Positions 48,909 through 59,443 of a stretch of 64,000 nucleotides of DNA are shown one piece after another. Below the pieces are notes generated by a model that did not search any database, was not told the DNA's origin, and saw only the letters and a program-made list of their open reading frames with translations. Positions within the stretch are counted from its first letter, which is position 1. Each line of letters begins with the position of its first letter. Both the position numbers and the translations under genes were made by a program. The stretch spans positions 576,001 to 640,000 of the forward strand of contig OY760175.1 of NCBI GenBank assembly GCA_963663165.1, written 5' to 3'. Source of the stretch: an uncultured Desulfospira sp. (lineage in GTDB: Bacteria; Desulfobacterota; Desulfobacteria; Desulfobacterales; Desulfobacteraceae).

Positions 48909-49880
48909 ATGAAAAAAAAAGGGATTTGTTTATGCACATTGGTTTTGTGGGGATGCTGTTTTACCTGGGCTGTATCCGGAACTGCGCCTGAACCGCCTTC
49001 ATATGGAAGCCCAAGCCTTTCAGGCCGCGTTACCGACACTGATCTGCCCGAAATTTCCGGGTTGGCCGGATCTTGTAAAACCCAAGGCCTTTTATGGATG
49101 ATCAATGACAGCGGCAATGCCAATACTTTGTTCGGGGTTTCAGCCACCGGGCAGGTTTTAGGTAAATTTAACATCAAAGACGCTCCGAATGTGGACTGGG
49201 AGGACCTTTCATCATTTACTCAGGGCCGGGAAAGTTACCTGTTAATTGCCGATGTGGGGGATAACATGGCCATGCGGTCATCCTGCTGTCTTTACATTGT
49301 CCGGGAACCTGAAATAAACGGGGCTGAGAATAACCAAACAATTGAAAACCTGGGGCTTTACGCCAAGATAACGTTCAGTTATGAAGACGGGCCAAGGGAT
49401 TGTGAGGCCGTGGCGGTTGATTCTGTAAAACAGAAAATTTACCTGTTAAGCAAACGGACGGTTCCGCCGGTTTTATATGAACTTCCCTTAATCATGAAAA
49501 ATTCAGACGGCATTTATATGGCCACCCCGGTTGCCCGCCTGAACAGTCTTCCTTCGCCTACGCCCGATGACTTAAAGGATAAATATGGAAAATTCAGATC
49601 CCAGCCCACGGCCATGGATCTGAGCCCTGACGGAAATGCCATGGTCATTTTGACCTATAAAAATGCCTACTGGTATGAAAAAGAATCCAAAGAGAATTGG
49701 GATAAGGCCTTTTCCCGGCAACCCGGTTGCCTTACACTGCCCCATCCCCATACCGGGGAACTGCTTATTCGGGAGGCCTTGTGCCTTTGCCCGCAGACCC
49801 AAAACATTTATGTCAGCTCAGAACGGCTGCCGGCCCCGATTTACGTTCTTTGCCCAATTTTGTATGGAATTAAACCATGA
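48909..49880 (+). CDS. Secreted hypothetical protein (beta-propeller-like)
   Basis: Signal peptide; EISGL, W.INDSG, DWEDL, ADVGDN, DCEA repeats. Confidence 0.65.
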   Translation: MKKKGICLCTLVLWGCCFTWAVSGTAPEPPSYGSPSLSGRVTDTDLPEISGLAGSCKTQGLLWMINDSGNANTLFGVSATGQVLGKFNIKDAPNVDWEDLSSFTQGRESYLLIADVGDNMAMRSSCCLYIVREPEINGAENNQTIENLGLYAKITFSYEDGPRDCEAVAVDSVKQKIYLLSKRTVPPVLYELPLIMKNSDGIYMATPVARLNSLPSPTPDDLKDKYGKFRSQPTAMDLSPDGNAMVILTYKNAYWYEKESKENWDKAFSRQPGCLTLPHPHTGELLIREALCLCPQTQNIYVSSERLPAPIYVLCPILYGIKP

Positions 49881-49915
49881 ACTTTAGTATAAAGTAGAAT
49901 TTTGATTTTACTCAA

Positions 49916-50005
49916 AAACGGCCCCGGGCTGTCTTGGTTATCCAACCAAGAACCGCCCACAACAAATAATGAAAGTTTTCTCAGGATGTTAGTGAGAATT
50001 CATAC
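49916..50005 (+). repeat. Three-hairpin ~93-bp element, full copy
   Basis: Aligns with 48586-48680 along its length. Confidence 0.88.
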
Positions 50006-50023
50006 AAAATGAGGCTGTATGAA

Positions 50024-51163
50024 ATGATCAATGCTCAGCGATTGGGAAATGTATTTACCGAGCTTGTCCGGATTGATTCCGAATCCCGGAATGAGGCTGC
50101 CATTGCCGCCGATCTTGAAAAACGGCTGACCCGGCTGGGTGCAACGGTAAGGTTTGACAATGCCGCCCAAAAAACCTTGGGCAACGCCTCCAATATGGTG
50201 GCCAGATTCAACGGCAACCAGGATGTGGCCCCCTTGTTTTTGTCCGGCCATATGGATACGGTAAAACCGGGGAACAACATTAAGGTGATTTTTGAAAACG
50301 GGGTTTTCAGAAGTGACGGTACCACCATTCTCGGAGCCGATGACAAGTCTGCCCTGGCCATTATTCTTGAGGTCATGGAAGTTGTTCTGGAAAATGATCT
50401 GCCCTGCCCCCCGGTGGAGGTGGTGATAACGGTTTGTGAAGAAATCGGACTGGTAGGGGCCAAAAATTTTGATTTTTCCCTGATGGAGTCGACTTTTGGC
50501 TATATTCTGGACTCCACGGAAACCGACGGTATTGTGACAAGGGCACCGGCCGCCAACCAGATCAAAGCCGTGGTTTACGGCAAGGCCGCCCATGCCGGCG
50601 CAGAGCCAGAGAACGGGGTAAATGCCATTTATGCCGCCGCCAAGGCCATTTCAAAAATGACCCTTGGCCGGATAGATGAGGAAACCACCTGCAATTTAGG
50701 GATCATTAAAGGCGGCATGGCCACCAATATTGTTCCCGAACAGGTAGAAATTCTTGGAGAGGCCAGAAGCCATGACCTGTTAAAGCTTGAAAAGGTTACC
50801 GCCCACATCACGGACACCTTTGAGAATACCATTAAGGAACTCCGGGGTGAAAATGACCTTCCAACGGTGAAAGTTGAGGTGCTCACCGATTTTACGGCCA
50901 CCCGGATCCCTGAAGATCATTTGGTGGTCAAGCTGGCCCGCAAGGCCAGTGCCAATCTGGGCAAACCCCTTGTGTCCCAGACCATCGGCGGCGGTGCCGA
51001 TGCCAATGTTTTTTTTGGCAAAGGCGTTGTGGCAGGGGTTTTAGGGACAGGCATGACCGATGTTCATACCCTCAAAGAGTCCATAAAACTAAAAGATATG
51101 GTCAACGCCGCCAACCTGGTGCTTGAAATTCTCAAGGTTCATGCCCTGAAGGAAGACCTTTAA
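50024..51163 (+). CDS. M20/M25/M40 metallohydrolase (peptidase T-like)
   Basis: HMDTV, LGADDK, EEIG, GKAAHAG, GG.DAN, VHT..E. Confidence 0.9.
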   Translation: MINAQRLGNVFTELVRIDSESRNEAAIAADLEKRLTRLGATVRFDNAAQKTLGNASNMVARFNGNQDVAPLFLSGHMDTVKPGNNIKVIFENGVFRSDGTTILGADDKSALAIILEVMEVVLENDLPCPPVEVVITVCEEIGLVGAKNFDFSLMESTFGYILDSTETDGIVTRAPAANQIKAVVYGKAAHAGAEPENGVNAIYAAAKAISKMTLGRIDEETTCNLGIIKGGMATNIVPEQVEILGEARSHDLLKLEKVTAHITDTFENTIKELRGENDLPTVKVEVLTDFTATRIPEDHLVVKLARKASANLGKPLVSQTIGGGADANVFFGKGVVAGVLGTGMTDVHTLKESIKLKDMVNAANLVLEILKVHALKEDL

Positions 51164-52384
51164 ATGATTCTTTATCTGGATGTTTTTTCCGGCATCAGCG
51201 GGGACATGACCTTAGGTGCTTTTGTGGACCTTGGGGTGCCGGCGGCCTATATTGAAGAACAGCTTGGCCCCATGTTCAACGGATTTGGCCTTAAGGTGGA
51301 AACCGTGTACCGGCATCACCTCAAAGCCACCAATGTTTTTGTGGATGTGACAGACCACCAGACCTCAAGGCATTACACGGACATTCAACACATTATTTCA
51401 GATTCAAACCTGTCAGACGGGGTAAAAGAAAAAAGCCTTAAAGCCTTTGAAAAAATTGCCCTGGCCGAATCATCCATTCATGGACAAGATATCAAGACGG
51501 TCCATTTTCATGAGGTGGGCGCCATAGATTCCATGGTGGATATTATTGGCAGCTTTTTGTGCGTGGAATACCTTGGCATCCAAACCGTTTTTTCCTCGGT
51601 TATCCCATTGGGCTCGGGATTTATTGAATGTGCCCATGGCAAAATCCCGGTCCCGGTGCCGGCGGTGACCAGGATTCTTGAAGGGGTTCCGGTGAAAGGA
51701 TCTGATGCCACAACGGAGATTGTGACCCCCACAGGGGCCGCCATTGCCACCACCCTTTGCTCAGATTTCGGGCCCATGCCGGATATGAAGATTCTTAAAA
51801 CCGGGTACGGGGCCGGAAAACGAAAAACCGGTTCATCCCTGCCCAACCTGCTGCGCATGGTTTTGGGAAAGGCCCTCCCGGATAATGAAAATGCCCCGTA
51901 TCCTAAAACAGGAGAGGATGACCCGGTTTATGTGGTTCATACCAACCTGGATGATATCACCCCGGAAATTCTCGGATTTGTCATGGACCGCCTGTTTGAC
52001 AAGGGGGCCCTTGATGTTTCATACGCCCCGATTCAAATGAAAAAAAATCGGCCCGGGACACGGCTTGAGGCCATTGTCAGACCTGAGGACCTTTCTTTGG
52101 TCACGGACACCATTTTATCTGAAACCAGCGCGTTAGGGGTCCGGTATGCCCCCTGGGACCGAAAAACCTTGAAACGCGAGCCGGTGGACATAGAGACCGA
52201 ATTTGGAACAATCCGTTTCAAGCGGGTGTTATCCCTGTCCGGGACCTGGAACCTGGTTCCGGAATATGAGCAGTTAAAAGATATTGCCCTTAAGGAAAAC
52301 CTCCCTTTGAAAGCGGTATATGCCAGAATTGCGGCTCAATTGGATGACCTTGGCAGCCTTGACAGCAAAGGACCTAAAGGGTAG
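51164..52384 (+). CDS. larC: Nickel-pincer cofactor biosynthesis protein LarC
   Basis: LYLD.FSGISGDM.LGA, VHFHEVGAIDS, TPTGAA, TNLDD, MKKNRPG, PEYE. Confidence 0.92.
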   Translation: MILYLDVFSGISGDMTLGAFVDLGVPAAYIEEQLGPMFNGFGLKVETVYRHHLKATNVFVDVTDHQTSRHYTDIQHIISDSNLSDGVKEKSLKAFEKIALAESSIHGQDIKTVHFHEVGAIDSMVDIIGSFLCVEYLGIQTVFSSVIPLGSGFIECAHGKIPVPVPAVTRILEGVPVKGSDATTEIVTPTGAAIATTLCSDFGPMPDMKILKTGYGAGKRKTGSSLPNLLRMVLGKALPDNENAPYPKTGEDDPVYVVHTNLDDITPEILGFVMDRLFDKGALDVSYAPIQMKKNRPGTRLEAIVRPEDLSLVTDTILSETSALGVRYAPWDRKTLKREPVDIETEFGTIRFKRVLSLSGTWNLVPEYEQLKDIALKENLPLKAVYARIAAQLDDLGSLDSKGPKG

Positions 52385-52395
52385 ATAGTGGTGTG

Positions 52396-52866
52396 ATGAA
52401 AGCCCATTTGAAAGACCGTCTCATCCTGTTTGCCGCCACCGGGTTCGGGCTTGGCAAAGCCCCTTTTGCCCCGGGGACTTTTGGCACCCTTGCCGGCATC
52501 CCCCTGATCTGGCTGATGGCCGTCATTCCCGGTCTCTGGTCCGGATTTGTCCTGACCGGAATTATACTGGTTTCGGTCTTTACGGCTGACAGGGCTGAAG
52601 CCCTTCTGGGGGTGAAAGACCCCGGGGCTATTGTGATTGATGAAATGGCAGGGTACTGCGTTACCATGTCCCTGGTACCGGTGGGGTGGGCTTCTCTTGG
52701 CGCGGGGTTTATCCTGTTCAGGTGTTTTGATATTTTCAAACCCTGGCCGGTCATTTATTTTGAAAAGAATTTTACCGGCGGGGCCGGGATTGTCCTGGAT
52801 GATCTCATGGCCGGGATGATGGCGGGCTTTTGTCTGAAGCTTATCAACTGGACCGGGCTGATCTGA
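52396..52866 (+). CDS. pgpA: Phosphatidylglycerophosphatase A
   Basis: APGTFGT, DPG.IVIDE.AG, FR.FDI.KPWP, G.GIVLDD..AG. Confidence 0.93.
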   Translation: MKAHLKDRLILFAATGFGLGKAPFAPGTFGTLAGIPLIWLMAVIPGLWSGFVLTGIILVSVFTADRAEALLGVKDPGAIVIDEMAGYCVTMSLVPVGWASLGAGFILFRCFDIFKPWPVIYFEKNFTGGAGIVLDDLMAGMMAGFCLKLINWTGLI

Positions 52867-53008
52867 GATAACGGCCCGCAACCAATAATGAAAGTCAGAG
52901 GCCATCAGAAACTGAGCCGGTTACGGATCAGGATGCCTGCAAAAAAACAAAGGGTAACCCCAAAAGACGGCAAAAGGGGTTGCACAAAAAACAGGTTGGA
53001 GAACAACA

Positions 53009-54034
53009 ATGGGAAACAACTTAGAAAAACAAAAAGCGGTGATGACGGCCATGAGCCAGATCGAACGTCAGTTCGGCAAAGGGTCTATTATGAAACTGGG
53101 CGGCCGGGAAATCGAAGCGGTTCCCGTGATCCGGACTGGTTCCCTGGCCCTGGACAAGGCCCTGGGGGTCGGCGGTTATCCCAGGGGCCGGATCATTGAG
53201 ATTTACGGTCCGGAATCTTCGGGGAAAACCACCCTGGCCCTTCATGCCGTGGCCCAGGCCCAGCGGAAAAACGGGATCGCGGCCTTTATTGATGCCGAGC
53301 ATGCCCTGGATGTGGCCTATGCCAGACGCCTTGGCGTGGACTGTGATGAACTTTTGGTCTCTCAGCCCGATACCGGAGAGCAGGCCCTTGAAATTGCCGA
53401 TATGCTGGTCAGAAGCGGCGGTATCGATATCATGATTGTGGACTCTGTGGCCGCCCTGGTTCCCCGGTCGGAAATTGAAGGGGAGATGGGCGATTCCCAC
53501 ATGGGGCTCCAGGCCAGGCTCATGTCCCAGGCCTTAAGAAAATTGGCCGGAACCATCGGAAAAACAAACACTACCATTATTTTTATCAACCAGATCCGCA
53601 TGAAAATCGGTGTGGTATACGGCAACCCCGAAACCACCACCGGCGGCAATGCCTTAAAATTTTATGCGTCCATGCGGCTTGAGATCCGGAAAGCCGCCGC
53701 CATCAAAGCTGGGGAGGAAATTCTCGGCAACCGGACCAAGGTCAAGGTGGTGAAAAACAAACTGGCCCCGCCATTTAAAAATGTTGAATTTGACCTTATG
53801 TTCGGAGAGGGGATTTCCAGAACCGGGGACCTTCTGGACATGGGGGTTGACCTTAATATTGTAGAAAAAAGCGGGTCCTGGTATTCCTATGGCGGGGAGA
53901 GAATCGGCCAGGGCCGTGAAAATGTAAAAATTTTCCTGAAAGACAACCCGGATATTTTTGAAAATATTGAGACCCAGGTAAGGCAGGAGCTGGGCATCTC
54001 GGATCCTGCTCCAGCCCCAGAAACCAAAGAATAG
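53009..54034 (+). CDS. recA: Recombinase RecA
   Basis: [38 protein letters not shown]; no intein. Confidence 0.98.
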   Translation: MGNNLEKQKAVMTAMSQIERQFGKGSIMKLGGREIEAVPVIRTGSLALDKALGVGGYPRGRIIEIYGPESSGKTTLALHAVAQAQRKNGIAAFIDAEHALDVAYARRLGVDCDELLVSQPDTGEQALEIADMLVRSGGIDIMIVDSVAALVPRSEIEGEMGDSHMGLQARLMSQALRKLAGTIGKTNTTIIFINQIRMKIGVVYGNPETTTGGNALKFYASMRLEIRKAAAIKAGEEILGNRTKVKVVKNKLAPPFKNVEFDLMFGEGISRTGDLLDMGVDLNIVEKSGSWYSYGGERIGQGRENVKIFLKDNPDIFENIETQVRQELGISDPAPAPETKE

Positions 54035-54149
54035 TACCAAACAGGGCAGGCCTCAAGAAATACGCCCCAAAAGGCCTGCCGGCAGCGATAGTTGAAAGCC
54101 ATTAACCTTTCAGCTAAAAGCTAACTGCTAATTGCTAACAGCGAAGCTT

Positions 54150-54242
54150 TTATATGAAAGTCTCACTAACAAGCTGAAAAGACTTTCATTTTTCGTTGTG
54201 GGCGGTGCTTGGTTGGATAACCAAGGCGGCCCGTGGCCGTTA
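54150..54242 (-). repeat. Three-hairpin ~93-bp element, full copy (inverted)
   Basis: Reverse complement matches 48586-48680; preceded by NNGCTAA heptamer repeats at 54111-54145. Confidence 0.9.
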
Positions 54243-54266
54243 TATTGAATCAGGAGTGCAAATACC

Positions 54267-56885
54267 ATGACAGGCAACGAAGCCCGGAAAATTTTTCTCG
54301 ATTATTTTAAAAAACACGGCCATCAGCATGTCCGATCTTCTTCCCTTGTTCCCCAGGACGACCCTACGCTTTTGTTTGTTAATGCGGGCATGGTTCAATT
54401 CAAGCGGGTGTTCACCGGTGATGAAAAAAGAGATTACGCCACGGCCGTGACATCCCAAAAATGCGTCAGGGCCGGCGGCAAACACAATGATCTTGAAAAT
54501 GTCGGGTACACGGCCCGCCACCATACCTTTTTTGAAATGCTGGGAAATTTTTCCTTTGGCCATTATTTTAAAGATAAGGCCATTGAATTTGGCTGGGATT
54601 TGCTCACCAACGGGTATGGGTTTGATCCGGAAAAACTGTATGTATCCGTATTTCTAGATGATGATGAAGCCTATGGCATATGGCGGGACAACATCGGCGT
54701 GCCCGAAGACCGAATCGCCCGGTTAGGGGAAGAGGACAACTTCTGGGCCATGGGGGATACCGGTCCCTGCGGCCCGTGCAGCGAGATTCACATTGACCGG
54801 GGAGAAGCCTTTGGCTGCGGCCGCAAAGACTGTGCTGTCGGGTGCGACTGCGACCGGTGGCTTGAGCTTTGGAACCTGGTGTTCATGCAGTTTGAACGGG
54901 ATGAACAGGGCAACATGACCCCCCTGCCCAAACCCAGTATTGATACAGGCATGGGCCTTGAACGGATCATTTCTGTTCTCCAGGATGTGCCCACCAACTT
55001 TGATACAGACCTGTTTGTCCCCATTATGGACAAGGTCGGGGAACTTTCCGGCAAAAAGAGAAATCAGTCCCGGGAAGTGGAAGTGGCCATGAAGGTCATT
55101 GCCGACCACTCCAGGGCCTCGGCCTTTCTGATCAGTGACGGGGTGCTGCCCTCCAATGAAGGGCGGGGATACGTGCTTCGCCGCATCATGCGCCGGGCCA
55201 TCCGGTACGGCCGAAGCATCGGCCTTGTAAAACCCTTTCTCCATGAAACCGTTCAAACCGTATTTTCCATTATGGATGAGGCCTATCCGGAGCTTAAAGA
55301 ATCCGCCGCCTTTATTTTGAACGTGGTGAAAAACGAAGAAGAAAAATTTCTTGAAACCCTTGAAACGGGAATGAAACTGCTGGAATCCACCCTGGAAGAC
55401 CTTCATGCCCAGAACCAGAAGGTGATTCCCGGAAAGGTCATCTTCAAGCTTTATGATACCTATGGGTTCCCGGTGGACATTATTACCGACCATGTCAAGG
55501 AAATGGACATGGACCTGGACATTGAGGGATTTGACCGGGCCATGGCCGAACAAAAGGCAAGATCCAAATCCAAAAAGAAATTTGAAGGGGTAGGTGATGT
55601 TTATAAACCCCTGACCTCATCCGGTGTGAAAACCCGTTTTAAAGGGTATGATGCCCTTGAGATTGAATCGGAACTGCTCATGGCGGTAAAGGATGACCAG
55701 GAGGCCAATCCGGCCAATTCGGGAGATGAGGTTGAACTGGTCACCAGAGAAACCGTATTTTATGCCGAATCCGGGGGCCAGGTTGGTGACCGGGGCGTTT
55801 TTGAAAACAGCGCCTGCACCATTAACATCACAGACACGGTGTCGGACCCCTCCGGGCTTTATATTCATAAGGGCAAGGTGATTTCAGGATCATGCCGGAA
55901 AGGGGATGTCTTTACCCTTAAGGTGGATGCCCGGCGCCGCCAGGCAACGGCCATTAACCATACCGCCACCCATATTCTTCATTCGGCCTTGCGAAACGTC
56001 TTAGGAGATCATGTTAAACAGTCCGGCTCCCTGGTCACACCGGACCGGTTCAGGTTTGACTTTACCCACTTTAGCGGTGTTTCGGCTGATGAACTGGCCG
56101 CCATTGAGACTGAGGTCAACCAAAGAATCCGGGAAAACCATGTGGTGTCCACCCGGGAAATGAAAATGGATGATGCGGTCAAATCAGGGGCCACCGCCCT
56201 GTTCGAAGAAAAATACGGGGATGTGGTCAGGGTGGTTTCCCAGGGGGAATTCAGTCAGGAACTTTGCGGCGGCACCCATACCAGGGCCTCGGGAGATATC
56301 GGGCTGTTCCGGATTTTGTCTGAAGGGGCCGTGGCCTCCGGGGTCCGGCGGATTGAGGCCGTGACCGGCCAGGCAGCCCTTGACACGGTCCATGCAGACC
56401 GCAATACCATTGAAACCGCTGCCGGCCTGCTCAAGGGAGCCAAGGATGAGGTGGTGACCAAGGTGGAAACCCTGATCAGCGAAAAAAAGGCCCTTGAAAA
56501 AGAGCTTGAATCTATTAAGGCAAAACTGGCCTCAAAATCCGTTGAAAACATTGAAGACAATATCCGGGAAATCAACGGCATTAAAGTGCTTTCCAAACGG
56601 GTTGAAATTGAGAACCCCTCCCAGCTTCGGGACCTTGCCGATAAATTCAAGGCAAAGCTTGGCTCGGGCGTTCTGCTGCTTGGGGCCCAGTCCAATGAAA
56701 AGGCCCTGTTGATTGCCATGGTCACCGATGACCTGACCCGGCAGTACAAGGCCGGAGATATCGTTAAAAAGGCGGCCGGGATTGTAGGCGGCGGCGGCGG
56801 CGGACGGCCTGACATGGCCCAGGCAGGGGGCTCAAAACCCGAGAACCTGGATAAGGCTTTGGAATCCGTGTTTGAGCTTTCATAA
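54267..56885 (+). CDS. alaS: Alanine--tRNA ligase
   Basis: DPTLLF.NAGM.QFK, RHHTFFEMLGNFSFG.YFK, HTATH, ELCGGTH, GGGGRPDMAQAGG. Confidence 0.98.
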   Translation: MTGNEARKIFLDYFKKHGHQHVRSSSLVPQDDPTLLFVNAGMVQFKRVFTGDEKRDYATAVTSQKCVRAGGKHNDLENVGYTARHHTFFEMLGNFSFGHYFKDKAIEFGWDLLTNGYGFDPEKLYVSVFLDDDEAYGIWRDNIGVPEDRIARLGEEDNFWAMGDTGPCGPCSEIHIDRGEAFGCGRKDCAVGCDCDRWLELWNLVFMQFERDEQGNMTPLPKPSIDTGMGLERIISVLQDVPTNFDTDLFVPIMDKVGELSGKKRNQSREVEVAMKVIADHSRASAFLISDGVLPSNEGRGYVLRRIMRRAIRYGRSIGLVKPFLHETVQTVFSIMDEAYPELKESAAFILNVVKNEEEKFLETLETGMKLLESTLEDLHAQNQKVIPGKVIFKLYDTYGFPVDIITDHVKEMDMDLDIEGFDRAMAEQKARSKSKKKFEGVGDVYKPLTSSGVKTRFKGYDALEIESELLMAVKDDQEANPANSGDEVELVTRETVFYAESGGQVGDRGVFENSACTINITDTVSDPSGLYIHKGKVISGSCRKGDVFTLKVDARRRQATAINHTATHILHSALRNVLGDHVKQSGSLVTPDRFRFDFTHFSGVSADELAAIETEVNQRIRENHVVSTREMKMDDAVKSGATALFEEKYGDVVRVVSQGEFSQELCGGTHTRASGDIGLFRILSEGAVASGVRRIEAVTGQAALDTVHADRNTIETAAGLLKGAKDEVVTKVETLISEKKALEKELESIKAKLASKSVENIEDNIREINGIKVLSKRVEIENPSQLRDLADKFKAKLGSGVLLLGAQSNEKALLIAMVTDDLTRQYKAGDIVKKAAGIVGGGGGGRPDMAQAGGSKPENLDKALESVFELS

Positions 56886-56977
56886 AACCGTCACGGACGG
56901 CCTGGATTATCCAACCAAGAACCGTCCACAACGAATAATGAAAGTCTTATCAGGATGTTAATGAGACTTTCATATAA
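56883..56977 (+). repeat. Three-hairpin ~93-bp element, full copy starting at alaS stop
   Basis: Aligns with 48586-48680; first hairpin shows compensatory changes. Confidence 0.88.
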
Positions 56978-56996
56978 AAAATAAGGGACCCGCGCC

Positions 56997-58028
56997 ATGA
57001 CCGCCTATTTTATCCGAAGGCTTTTGCTGGTGATCCCGACCTTTATCGGGATCACGGTAATGGTGTTTACCATTACCCGGTTTGTCCCCGGCGGTCCCAT
57101 TGAACGGATTATTGCCGAAACCAGGGCCATGCAGATGGGGCAGGGCGGTTCATCAGGTTCCAGGGCGGCCCCGGGAGCAGGCCAGCCCCTTTCCCAGGAT
57201 CAGATTGACCACCTCAAGGCCTATTACGGTTTTGATAAGCCGGTCCTTACCTCTTACATGATCTGGCTTGGCAAGGTCCTCAGAGGCGATCTGGGGCGAT
57301 CCACCCGTTACCATGATCCGGTATGGGACATGATCCGGGACCGGATTCCCATTTCCCTTTATTTTGGAATCTTAAGCCTTTTACTGATATACGGGGTCTG
57401 TATTCCCCTTGGGGCGGCCAAGGCCATATCCCATAAAACCCCATTTGACAACATCACATCGGCCGTGATTTTTACGGGATACGCCATCCCGGGCTGGGTG
57501 GCCGGGGTTTTACTGCTGGTCATGTTTTCTTCAAGGATTGACCTGTTCCCCCTTGGGGGCCTGACCTCCGACTTTTTTGACGACATGGGGGTGATGGAAA
57601 AAATCCTTGATATCCTGTGGCATACGGTGTTGCCGCTGTTTGCCTATGTGGTGGGTTCTTTTACCGTGATGACCTTGCTGATGAAAAACACCCTTATGGA
57701 CAACCTGGCGGCCGATTACGTCAGGACGGCCATTGCCAAGGGACTGACCTTTAAAAAGGCGGTGTTCCGCCATGCCATGAGAAACAGCCTGATTCCCATT
57801 GCCACCAGTTTCGGCAACAATATCTCCATTATTCTTATGGGATCTTTTTTGATTGAAAAGGTGTTTAATATCGACGGCATGGGGCTTCTTGGATACGAAT
57901 CGGTCATTGACCGGGATTATCCCGTTGTGATGGGGATTCTGGTGATTTCCTCTTTGCTGTTTATGATCGGCAATATTTTGTCGGATATTTGCGTGGCCAT
58001 GGTAGACCCGCGGGTCAGATTCAAATAG
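56997..58028 (+). CDS. Peptide ABC transporter permease (YejB-like)
   Basis: YFIRRLLLVIPT.IGIT, PGGPIE, YGFDKP, DYVRTA.AKG, RDYPVV. Confidence 0.88.
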   Translation: MTAYFIRRLLLVIPTFIGITVMVFTITRFVPGGPIERIIAETRAMQMGQGGSSGSRAAPGAGQPLSQDQIDHLKAYYGFDKPVLTSYMIWLGKVLRGDLGRSTRYHDPVWDMIRDRIPISLYFGILSLLLIYGVCIPLGAAKAISHKTPFDNITSAVIFTGYAIPGWVAGVLLLVMFSSRIDLFPLGGLTSDFFDDMGVMEKILDILWHTVLPLFAYVVGSFTVMTLLMKNTLMDNLAADYVRTAIAKGLTFKKAVFRHAMRNSLIPIATSFGNNISIILMGSFLIEKVFNIDGMGLLGYESVIDRDYPVVMGILVISSLLFMIGNILSDICVAMVDPRVRFK

Positions 58029-59093
58029 GTGATGATGTCTATGGAAGGCAGATTTTTTAATCCGGTCACCATCAAAAAATTAAAGCGGTTTTATTCCATT
58101 CGCCGCAGCTTCTGGTCATTGGTGATTATTCTGGCCATGATCGGGGCCAGCTTTTTTGCCGAGCTGCTCATCAACTCTAAAGCCGTTCTGGTCAAATACC
58201 AGGGGCGGTTTTATTTTCCGACCTATTCAGACATGATCCCGGGGTCAACCTTTGGGCTTGATTATGATTACCAGACCAATTACCGTGAGTTGAAAGCCAG
58301 GTTCGACCAGGAAAAAAACGGGGATTTTTTGATTATGCCCCTGGTGCCATTCAATCCATTTGAAAATGATTTAAAGCTCAATCAATACCCCCCCTTTGCA
58401 CCAAGCTTCAAAGACCGGCACTTTCTGGGAACCGACAACGTGGGAAGGGATATCCTGGCCCGCTTGGTTTACGGGTTTCGCACCGCTATTTTATTTTCGC
58501 TTTTTTTATTGGTGATGAACTACACCATCGGCATTACCATTGGCTGCTCCATGGGGTATTTTGGGGGTAAATTTGATCTGTTTTTCCAGCGGGTGATTGA
58601 AATCTGGTCCAACATTCCTTTTTTATATGTGATCATTATTGTGTCTTCCATTGTGGTGCCCAATTTTATGATTTTAATTTTGATCATGGCGTTTTTCGGA
58701 TGGATCGGCATTACCTGGGTGATGAGAACCGTGACCTACAAAGAAAAAGAGCGGGAGTATGTGCTGGCGGTCCGGTCCCTTGGGGCCTCGCACTTCAGGA
58801 TCATCTTCCGGCATATCATCCCCAACACCATTTCCATTATTGTGACCTATGCCCCTTTTGCCGTGTCCGGCGGTATCGTCTCTTTAACTTCGCTGGATTA
58901 CCTGGGATTCGGCCTGCCCGCGCCCACCCCCTCCTGGGGGGAACTGTTGTCTCAAGGGTGGCAGAACATGGAGGCCTGGTGGATATCGGCCTCGGTGGTG
59001 GCCGCCCTGATCATTACCCTGGTGACGGTCACCTTTGTGGGCGAAGGAATCCGGGAAGCCTTTGATCCCAAGCGTCATACGATTTATGAATAA
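58029..59093 (+). CDS. Peptide ABC transporter permease (YejE-like)
   Basis: AELL.N.K, LGTD..GRD.LARL.YGFR, LDYLG.GLP..TPSWGELL, GE..R.AFDP. Confidence 0.88.
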   Translation: MMMSMEGRFFNPVTIKKLKRFYSIRRSFWSLVIILAMIGASFFAELLINSKAVLVKYQGRFYFPTYSDMIPGSTFGLDYDYQTNYRELKARFDQEKNGDFLIMPLVPFNPFENDLKLNQYPPFAPSFKDRHFLGTDNVGRDILARLVYGFRTAILFSLFLLVMNYTIGITIGCSMGYFGGKFDLFFQRVIEIWSNIPFLYVIIIVSSIVVPNFMILILIMAFFGWIGITWVMRTVTYKEKEREYVLAVRSLGASHFRIIFRHIIPNTISIIVTYAPFAVSGGIVSLTSLDYLGFGLPAPTPSWGELLSQGWQNMEAWWISASVVAALIITLVTVTFVGEGIREAFDPKRHTIYE

Positions 59094-59387
59094 AGGAGAC
59101 CGGATGTTGCGGCCGCCCTTAACCTGACGGTCAAGCCCACAATTTCGTCTGGTGGTGAAAAATCACCACATCATCGAACAAAATTGGTTAAATATAGCCA
59201 ATTTTGTTCAATCTCCATAGGTGTTTGGTTTCTTTTTTCTTTTTTTATTCCTTGCCAGATGACCGTGATTTCACAGGGAAAGCTGACGAACTAACCTCAG
59301 ATATAGGCTTACCATTGGCCTGAACGGTGATGGTTCTTGTATTTTAAGGCAGATTTACTATAATAACCCATGCACATGGTGCACTCA

Positions 59388-59403
59388 TGGTACCGCTTTT
59401 GCT
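59388..59403 (+). promoter_or_regulatory. Putative sigma54 promoter of the minor-pilin operon
   Basis: TGGTAC-CGCTT-TTGCT, exact GG-N10-GC spacing, 40 bp upstream of the first pilin ATG. Confidence 0.6.
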
Positions 59404-59443
59404 TATCTTTTAAATTATAGATCAAACTGGGTTAGGGAAATAT

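Noticed and set aside
36671..56977. Repeat families as a CRISPR array
   Set aside because: Copies are dispersed over kilobases in both orientations with no regular spacers, and no cas genes are present.
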